Source: a virus
Length of the DNA stretch: 38,328 bases
IMG/VR virus record: IMGVR_UViG_3300045988_083892
Coordinates: 1 to 38,328 of that record
Strand: one strand, 5' to 3'
In this document: positions 12,849 to 18,311 of the stretch, in pieces
Layout: each line of letters starts with the position of its first letter
Numbering within the stretch: position 1 is the first letter of the stretch
The notes under the pieces: generated by a model
The model's input: only the letters and a program-made list of their open reading frames with translations
What the model was told of the DNA's origin: nothing
The model's database searches: none
Program-made: the position numbers and the translations under genes

Positions 12849-12870
12849 TTGTCGTGGTTGCTTTTGTTGG
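12849..12870 (-). promoter_or_regulatory. Conserved leader motif, copy D (diverged; sense: CCAACAAAAGCAACCACGACAA)
   Basis: It begins about 5 nt after the -10 of the leftward promoter, at or near the predicted transcript 5' end. Confidence 0.45.
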
Positions 12871-12874
12871 CCTA

Positions 12875-12908
12875 ATCATAGCATGGCAACATGCAACATG
12901 TCAACATG
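12875..12908 (-). promoter_or_regulatory. Leftward promoter of the accessory operon, overlapped by three tandem CATGTTG boxes
   Basis: On the minus strand: TTGACA (12904..12899), an 18-nt spacer, then TATGAT (12880..12875). On the plus strand, caacatg occurs at 12887, 12894 and 12902. Confidence 0.6.
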
Positions 12909-12972
12909 CAAAATAGACAAACGTGAGCCAACTTTTTTGGTTATTTTTGCATGGCGTCATGTTTTTCGAATG

Positions 12973-12981
12973 TGATATAAT
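12973..12981 (+). promoter_or_regulatory. Extended -10 promoter (TGaTATAAT) for the GIY-YIG gene
   Basis: tgatataat lies 18 nt upstream of ATG 12999. GAGGTGA is the RBS. Confidence 0.55.
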
Positions 12982-12998
12982 ATAAGCGAGGTGATTAT

Positions 12999-13454
12999 AT
13001 GAAAATACCAGATTATTCTGGAGCAGGAATTTACAAAATCAAAATCGGGAGTGCCTTTTATGTCGGGTCATCAAAGAACATCAAAAAACGGATACGGTCC
13101 CACCTGAGCAACATAGCAAACGGAACGGAAATGAAGAAAATTCAAGCAGCCGCCGAAAGCGGAGAGGAAATACATGTTGACATACTCGAAAAAATTTCTG
13201 ATAATGAAACCGTATGGCACATGCTGTTGAGGGAAAGATACTGGATCGAACAGCTGCGGCCAGAGCTTAACAGCGCGCCGCCGGGCGGCTATGATGATGT
13301 CTTTGACAGGATCAGAGCAGCGGAAGAAAGCGCAAGGCGTCATGAACGGATCGCCGCCGGTCATCGGGCTTACGCCAAGAGCATGAAAAGGAAATATTTG
13401 AGAAAGATAGGTGGCGAAATTGACAACAAACAGGAAGAAACTGGAAACAAATGA
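12999..13454 (+). CDS. GIY-YIG nuclease domain protein (free-standing, low GC)
   Basis: GIYKIKIGSAFYVGSSKNIKKRIRSHL ... RERYWIEQLRPELN matches the GIY, YVG, R and E motifs. It has a basic C-terminal tail and is markedly AT-richer than the rest of the genome. Confidence 0.85.
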   Translation: MKIPDYSGAGIYKIKIGSAFYVGSSKNIKKRIRSHLSNIANGTEMKKIQAAAESGEEIHVDILEKISDNETVWHMLLRERYWIEQLRPELNSAPPGGYDDVFDRIRAAEESARRHERIAAGHRAYAKSMKRKYLRKIGGEIDNKQEETGNK

Positions 13455-13605
13455 GAGGTATTTACAAAAGCTGGAAAGGATCGTTTTTCGGATCCATAAG
13501 GACGGCAGCGACGGATTTACAAAAGATCAGGTAGAAGCGGCAGCAGCGGCGGCAGGCCAGAGCGTCAACGCCTGGATCATTGAGGCCATCCGGGACAAGC
13601 TGTAA
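13411..13605 (+). CDS. Ribbon-helix-helix (Arc/CopG-like) DNA-binding protein
   Basis: ERIVFRIHKD (beta strand) ... GQSVNAWIIEAIRDKL is typical of Arc/CopG RHH proteins. It uses a GTG start and overlaps the GIY-YIG gene by 44 nt. The RBS is weak, so the start is uncertain. Confidence 0.65.
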   Translation: MAKLTTNRKKLETNERYLQKLERIVFRIHKDGSDGFTKDQVEAAAAAAGQSVNAWIIEAIRDKL

Positions 13606-13616
13606 CGAGAGCGAAA

Positions 13617-13652
13617 GCGTCGAGGGATAACACCCCCGGCGCTTTTCTCTTT
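13617..13652 (+). terminator. Rho-independent terminator after the RHH gene
   Basis: Stem gcgtcgaggg / cccccggcgc (one mismatch, one G-T pair), loop ataaca, then ttttctcttt. Confidence 0.65.
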
Positions 13653-13653
13653 G

Positions 13654-13737
13654 TGTGGGGCGGGGCGGCAGCAGCGGCAGAGGGAGAGAGGGAGAAGGAG
13701 GGGGGACTATAGGGGGGAGAATAAGAGAGTGAGAGTG
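13654..13737 (+). repeat. Polypurine (G/A) tract with a perfect 15-nt mirror repeat
   Basis: 13679..13706 is 28 consecutive purines. gagggagagagggag (13680..13694) is mirror-symmetric. The whole span is roughly 85% purine by eye. Confidence 0.85.
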
Positions 13738-13742
13738 TTACA

Positions 13743-13830
13743 AGCGTCTAATAAGCGTTAGATGCTTAGTATTAGCGTCTAATACTTAGCACACCCCCCA
13801 AAGAGAGATATATATTCTCTGGGTATAGAT
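13743..13830. repeat. Ori-like / operator-like module II: two long palindromes built from GCGTCTAAT half-sites, a C-run, AGAGAGATA, and TA-rich tracts
   Basis: AGCGTCTAAtaagcgTTAGATGCT at 13743..13766. CTTAGTATTAGcgtCTAATACTTAG at 13765..13789 (11-bp arms, one mismatch). These are followed by ccccccaaagagagatatatat and tatagatatatatac. It aligns by eye with 3743..3793. Confidence 0.65.
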
Positions 13831-13974
13831 ATATATACTTGCTTCTACTGGGAGAGTCACGAAAGAGGGAGACACGGCGAATAAAAAACGCGAGAGAGCG
13901 AGGAAACACGAGGAAACGTGAGCAAAACAGAGCATTTGCAAGGTATTCGAAGCTATTGCGAGGTAGACCGCGAA

Positions 13975-14227
13975 TGGGGCGGGGCTGGCGGTGGGCTGGT
14001 GGATGGCGGCGGCTGATGGGGGCAATTCGGCGGGGGCAATTCCCTTTCCCGGTGAGATTTAAGGGGTCATTAAATATTTTCGTTGCGGCTGCTTGGCTTC
14101 GGCTGCTGCTGTGTTGTTTCTGTGCAGTTTCTCTCCCGGTTCGGGCTATTCCGGTCACGGCTCCGGCTGGGGCTTTATCCATCTCCGGGGCTGGGGCTGA
14201 TGGTCTGGGGCTGGTGGTGGCTGATGG
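13975..14227 (+). repeat. G-rich short-repeat field (GGGGCTGG, GGCTGATGG, GGGGGCAATTC)
   Basis: GGGGCTGG-type boxes occur at 13981, 14187, 14193 and 14207. GGCTGATGG occurs at 14011, 14195 and 14219. GGGGGCAATTC occurs at 14018 and 14032. TGGGGCGGGGC is also found at 13658. Confidence 0.8.
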
Positions 14228-14252
14228 TGAAGGCTTCTTCTACCGATGGATA

Positions 14253-14405
14253 GGAGGGGTAGCGGAAAAAGAGGGGGTGTCTCTTCCTCGTGGTATAGGG
14301 CTATATACCCACATCCCCTCTCCCCTCTGAGAAACCTGTCAGTGCAGCTGCGGAAAGCTATGCCGGTGATCCCTCTGGGGGGGTGGCGGAAAAAGGGGGC
14401 GGGGG
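14253..14405 (+). repeat. Two copies of GGGGT(A/G)GCGGAAAAAG(A)GGGGG bracketing a long imperfect hairpin
   Basis: The copies are at 14253..14279 and 14377..14405. agagggggtgt (14270..14280) pairs with acatcccctct (14311..14321). The inner stem is gtggtata / tatatacccac. Confidence 0.7.
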
Positions 14406-14542
14406 ATTTTATGTAGAACATTACGAAAATAACTGAAACCTATTGTATTCGCTTGATGAAATATGCTTGAATGAAGTTGGCGGAAGAGGTTTCCACCTGC
14501 CTCCTATGTCAGACGCCAGTTTTCACTTTCCTTTCCTGTTGC

Positions 14543-14567
14543 CCGGTGGGCCGGTCGGGCCCACCGG
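14543..14567 (+). other. Perfect 10-bp GC-rich hairpin 5 nt upstream of the tRNA
   Basis: ccggtgggcc ggtcg ggcccaccgg, with no T-run after it. Confidence 0.7.
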
Positions 14568-14572
14568 AGCAT

Positions 14573-14648
14573 GGTTTCGTAGCTCAGTCGGAAGAGCGAG
14601 CGGTTGTTAACCGCTGGGTCGCAGGTTCAATCCCTGCCGAAACCGCCA
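14573..14648 (+). tRNA. tRNA-Asn (anticodon GUU) with encoded CCA
   Basis: Hand-folded cloverleaf. Acceptor stem GGTTTCG/CGAAACC; D stem GCTC/GAGC; anticodon stem AGCGG/CCGCT; loop TTGTTAA; 5-nt variable loop; T arm GCAGG-TTCAATC-CCTGC; discriminator G; then CCA. Confidence 0.93.
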
Positions 14649-14675
14649 GAATTTTTTGTGAGAGGGGGCCGGGGC

Positions 14676-15197
14676 ATGGCCAAGACAGCATCGAACCACA
14701 GCAAGGCACACATGGACGATATGAACAAGAAGGCCGCCGCGGCCCACAAGAAACAGACGATTGAGAGGATCAAGGTGTTTTTGGAGCAATCCGAGAATTA
14801 CTTTGACGTGCAGGATCGACTGAAACAGGCATACAGTGAGGCGGGCCTTGCCAATGCGATGCGATGGACGGTTCAGCGGCTTCAGGGGTATTACGACTAC
14901 AACGATGGCCGGGAGGCCGAGGTGGTCGAGGCACAGGTGGAAGCCTTTGAAGCGGGCAATGAGGAGATTGAGGACCCCCGCTGCGTCATGAGCTACTACG
15001 TGCGGCTTGCGTACCAGCGCATCCAGGAGCAGATCGACACCAGCCCCATCTACCAGGAAAAGGGCATGGTGACGCGAGGCATTTTTCTGAACAAGCAGAA
15101 GCGTCTGGGCGGCTATCAGGACAAGCAGGAGACCCGACAGGACATCAGCGTGAACGTGACCTTCGGGGACGGCGTGGACGCAAGCGACTTCAAGTGA
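14676..15197 (+). CDS. Hypothetical protein, first gene of the late arm
   Basis: Start moved to ATG 14676 (GAGAGGGGG RBS) because the longer track ORF would run through the tRNA. 173 aa. No recognisable motif. Confidence 0.7.
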   Translation: MAKTASNHSKAHMDDMNKKAAAAHKKQTIERIKVFLEQSENYFDVQDRLKQAYSEAGLANAMRWTVQRLQGYYDYNDGREAEVVEAQVEAFEAGNEEIEDPRCVMSYYVRLAYQRIQEQIDTSPIYQEKGMVTRGIFLNKQKRLGGYQDKQETRQDISVNVTFGDGVDASDFK

Positions 15198-15209
15198 GGA
15201 GGCGGCAAG

Positions 15210-15452
15210 GTGAACGGTCTGATTTTGGTTTTATCCCTGATCTGCGGCGCGGCCAGCATGGGCGCTGCCGTATGCGCAGTGCTGATTTTGCGGCTGCTGC
15301 GTGAGATCAAAGCCACCTCCCCCACCGAACCGGAGAAGCCGGAGGCTGAGGAACCTACGGACCGGCAGAAAAGCGTGGAACAGGGCATTGACAACCTGAT
15401 GACCTACGACCTGAACACCATGAAAGCCAGCCTGAAGGGGCGGGAGGTGTGA
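15210..15452 (+). CDS. Small N-terminally membrane-anchored protein
   Basis: GTG start 7 nt after GAGGAGG. LILVLSLICGAASMGAAVCAVLILRLL is a transmembrane helix. Confidence 0.65.
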   Translation: MNGLILVLSLICGAASMGAAVCAVLILRLLREIKATSPTEPEKPEAEEPTDRQKSVEQGIDNLMTYDLNTMKASLKGREV

Positions 15453-15453
15453 T

Positions 15454-15903
15454 ATGGCGGTTACGGTACAGCAGATTTTCGACATCGCCATCCACCTGAT
15501 GGATTCCCAGAACGAATCCACCGGCTCCACGGACACGGCGGACACCAAGGAATACCGGCTGCGGACCGTTTCTCTGCTGAACAGCGTTTTAGACCGGGCA
15601 TTTCCGTACAGCGACAACTACCGGGACGCTTTGGAGGCGGCGGGCGGCAAGCGGCCTATCTGCCCCAAGGTGACGGAGATGGCGGACGAGGTGGCGCTGG
15701 ATGAGCGGATCTGCACCGGGGCGCTGCCCTACGGGCTGGCAGGTCTGCTGCTGCTGGAAGAGGACCCCAGTAGAGCCAACTTTCTGTGGCAGACGTTTCT
15801 GGAACAGTTGGAACTGTGCCGCCAGAGCCTGCCCAGCGTGATCGGCGACGTGGAAAACCTCTACGGAGGCATTGAACACGGGGAGTTTGGAGCATGGTGG
15901 TAG
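15454..15903 (+). CDS. Hypothetical virion-module protein (possible head-tail adaptor, by position only)
   Basis: 149-aa ORF packed tightly against its neighbours in the late arm. No firm motif. Confidence 0.7.
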   Translation: MAVTVQQIFDIAIHLMDSQNESTGSTDTADTKEYRLRTVSLLNSVLDRAFPYSDNYRDALEAAGGKRPICPKVTEMADEVALDERICTGALPYGLAGLLLLEEDPSRANFLWQTFLEQLELCRQSLPSVIGDVENLYGGIEHGEFGAWW

Positions 15904-16082
15904 ATGGGACGTGGGTCTACCGCTGCCCTATCTGCGGGAAAGCGCTTCAGCATATCGAACCGGGCAGTGTGATCTACAACACGCCCATTTACTGCCGAAG
16001 ATGCAAGGTGAGCCACTACCCCACCATTTTTGAGGGGCGGGAGCTGGATACAGACGTCCCCTTCCCTCTGAAAACCGAATAA
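15894..16082 (+). CDS. Cysteine-rich KTR-like zinc-ribbon protein
   Basis: WVYRCPICGKALQHIEPGSVIYNTPIYCRRCKVSH follows the cysteine-rich KTR layout as I remember it (W..CP.CG.K....I...T.L.NFPLYCPKCK). Confidence 0.6.
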   Translation: MVVDGTWVYRCPICGKALQHIEPGSVIYNTPIYCRRCKVSHYPTIFEGRELDTDVPFPLKTE

Positions 16083-16148
16083 AAACGAGAGCCCAACGAG
16101 GCCATGAGAGCGGCGAAAGCCGTTTCTTGTGGTCTCGTTTTTGTTTTG
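16083..16148 (+). terminator. Candidate attenuator or terminator structure
   Basis: aaacgaga ... tctcgttt closes a roughly 40-nt structured loop that includes gcggc-gaaa-gccgt. It is followed by ttgttttg. Confidence 0.35.
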
Positions 16149-16217
16149 TCAGCAAAGCCAGACCAGGCTTTGGAAATACAAAAAACCGGCCAGACCAGGC
16201 CGGGGAAAGAGGCAAAT

Positions 16218-17123
16218 ATGTTCGAAAACACGAACCAGATCCCCGAACAGGAGCCCGAAACTACGGACGCCTTTTTGGATGGCTGGGACGGCGAAGCAGA
16301 AGCAGCGGCAGACCAGCCGGAAGTGGACGCAGAGCCGATGGAGACTGGCGAGGAAACGCCTGCCGAGGACCCAAGTGAGAGCGTGGAGACGCCGGAAGAG
16401 GGCACCGATCTTCCCGCAGACGCGGAACAGGCAGCCCAGACGCAGCAGACCGAGACAGAGACCGTGGACGCACGGCCCCAGACATGGGAGCTACGGCACA
16501 TGGGCGAGGTGCGGCAGGCCAACGAAGCGGAAATGGTGGCACTGGCCCAGAAGGGCATGGACTATGACCGAATCCGCAGCCAGTATGACGAGTTTAAGCC
16601 TGTGATGGAGATGGTCAACCGCTTTGCGAACCAGCAGGGGTTGAACACCAAGGACTACATTTCCATGCTCCGGACGCAGGCAAAGCAGGCCGAGGGCCTG
16701 AGTGAAGCGGACGCGCGGCGCTCCGTGGAGCTTGAGGACCGGGAGGCCGTTGTGGCCGTCGCAGAAGCAGAGCGGCAGGCCCAGCAGGACGCCATGGCGC
16801 AGGCCCAGCGGGCCGAGGCCGAGGCGGCAAGCCGCCGACAGGCGGACATTCAGGAATTTCAACAGACATTCCCCGAGGCAGCAAAGGACCCCAACAACAT
16901 TCCCCCCCAAGTCTGGGCAGACGTGCGGAACGGATCTTCTCTGGTAGCCGCCTACGCCCGGTACGCCGTGCAGCAGGCGCGGCAGGACGCGGCAGACGCC
17001 AAGCGGGAGACCGCCTCTGTACAGCAGAACCAGCGGAACGCGGAGCGCTCCACCGGCAGCATGAGAAGCGCCGGTGATGGGCTGAAGTCTAAGGACCCGT
17101 TTCTGGAGGGCTGGGGGGACTAA
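16218..17123 (+). CDS. Putative scaffolding protein
   Basis: Start moved to ATG 16218. It has a very acidic N-terminus and an Ala/Gln/Arg/Glu coiled-coil segment (AEAERQAQQDAMAQAQRAEAEAASRRQ). It lies immediately upstream of the capsid gene. Confidence 0.6.
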   Translation: MFENTNQIPEQEPETTDAFLDGWDGEAEAAADQPEVDAEPMETGEETPAEDPSESVETPEEGTDLPADAEQAAQTQQTETETVDARPQTWELRHMGEVRQANEAEMVALAQKGMDYDRIRSQYDEFKPVMEMVNRFANQQGLNTKDYISMLRTQAKQAEGLSEADARRSVELEDREAVVAVAEAERQAQQDAMAQAQRAEAEAASRRQADIQEFQQTFPEAAKDPNNIPPQVWADVRNGSSLVAAYARYAVQQARQDAADAKRETASVQQNQRNAERSTGSMRSAGDGLKSKDPFLEGWGD

Positions 17124-17168
17124 GCCTTTGCATCGCCGGGGAGACCGACGAAAGAGAGGTTTTGAACC

Positions 17169-18221
17169 ATGGCTATCAATTACGCCGTTAAATACGCAAC
17201 CAAGATCGCGGAGGCTTTCTCTAAGCCTTCTATCACCGACGACGATGCCGGTAAGGCATACACCTGGACCGGCCCCAACAGCAAGACCATTGTCGTTGGC
17301 AGTGTGGACACCGTGCCGGAGACCGAGTACACCAACACCGGCGACAACCGATTCGGCACCACCTATGACCTGGGCGACACTCAGCAGGAGATGACCTGCG
17401 AGCAGAAGCCCGCCTTCTCCTTCACCATCGACGCGGTGGATCAGACGGATCAGGCCATTGAGAAGTCCGCTTCCCGCGCCCTGCGGCGTCAGCTGGAGCA
17501 GCGGACCACCCCCAACATGGACCGCCACCGCATCAAGAAGTGGGTGATGGGCGCTAATATCCAGCGTCAGGAGACAACCGCCCCCACCAAGAGCACCATC
17601 GGCGGCCTGATTATTGACCTGAACGCCGATATGACCAACGCCCTGGTGCCCATGGAGAACCGCACCCTGTACATTGCCACCAGCTATTACAAGCTGCTGA
17701 AGCAGGATCCCGCCTGGCTGGGCACCGAGAGCCTTGCCAAGGAGGCCCTGACCAGAGGCGTGGTGGGCCAGTACGACGGCTGCCGGGTGAAGAACATCCC
17801 CGACCGCTATATGCCCGCCGGCGTGTACTTCTTCATCAAGTGGAAGGGAAGCACCGTGGACCCCGTGAAGCTGGCGCAGTACGACATTTTGCCCAAGGTG
17901 AAGGGCTATTCTGGACCCGTGGTGCAGGGCGTGACCTACTATGACAGCTTCGTGCTGGGTGCCAAGGGCGACGGTGTTGCCGTGTGCGGCAACGCTGCCA
18001 TTCTGGCCGCACCCGTGATGTCTATTACCGGCCATGCCGTCAGCATCACTGCCGTGTCCGGTGTGGTGTTCAAGTACACCACCGACGGCACCAACCCCCG
18101 GTACTCCAACACCGCCCAAATCTACACCGCTGCTGTGACCCTGACCGCCGGTCAGACCATGCGGGCTGTGGCCACCAAGGACGGCTGCGTGGGCATTGAG
18201 GGCACCAAGGATTACGAGTGA
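17169..18221 (+). CDS. Major capsid protein with a C-terminal Ig-like / chitobiase-type (CHB_HEX_C-like) domain
   Basis: 350 aa, following the scaffold-like gene and followed by a strong hairpin. The last 76 aa or so (FKYTTDGTNPRYSNTAQIYTAAVTLTAGQTMRAVATKDG) match the YT.DGS.P ... Y...i.l....i.a.a pattern of that domain. Confidence 0.7.
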   Translation: MAINYAVKYATKIAEAFSKPSITDDDAGKAYTWTGPNSKTIVVGSVDTVPETEYTNTGDNRFGTTYDLGDTQQEMTCEQKPAFSFTIDAVDQTDQAIEKSASRALRRQLEQRTTPNMDRHRIKKWVMGANIQRQETTAPTKSTIGGLIIDLNADMTNALVPMENRTLYIATSYYKLLKQDPAWLGTESLAKEALTRGVVGQYDGCRVKNIPDRYMPAGVYFFIKWKGSTVDPVKLAQYDILPKVKGYSGPVVQGVTYYDSFVLGAKGDGVAVCGNAAILAAPVMSITGHAVSITAVSGVVFKYTTDGTNPRYSNTAQIYTAAVTLTAGQTMRAVATKDGCVGIEGTKDYE

Positions 18222-18227
18222 TCTCAT

Positions 18228-18251
18228 GGGAGGGGGCTGCGGCCCCTTCCC
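18228..18251 (+). other. GC-rich hairpin after the capsid gene (attenuator or stabiliser candidate)
   Basis: gggagggggc tgcg gccccttccc: a 10-bp stem including one G-T pair, with no T-run. Confidence 0.45.
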
Positions 18252-18311
18252 GCCTATATGGACGGAGCGGGTGCATGAACCCGGCCCGTCCGCCAGATAT
18301 AAGGAGCGATT

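Noticed and set aside
13411-13454. Programmed frameshift fusing the GIY-YIG and RHH reading frames across the 44-nt overlap.
   Set aside because: No slippery heptamer or downstream structure is seen in the overlap. Both products look like complete, independent domains.
13839-14330. 163-aa ORF (TTG start) inside the large non-coding block. An internal ATG at 13974 would give a 119-aa W/R-rich protein with one hydrophobic segment.
   Set aside because: The start is poor and there is no convincing RBS (GAGGT lies 10 nt from ATG 13974). The extreme Arg/Gly/Trp composition simply mirrors the G-rich repeats. It is kept as a caveat in the finding on that region rather than called as a gene.
14573-14648. 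The tRNA gene as the attP core.
   Set aside because: It is a complete, foldable tRNA with its own CCA. It lies 4 kb from int on the far side of another operon. The arm-type repeats sit directly next to int instead.
14676-15197. Small terminase subunit, because it is the first late gene.
   Set aside because: No HTH or other terS-like motif is recognised, and it lies 3 kb upstream of terL with five genes between. It is left as hypothetical.
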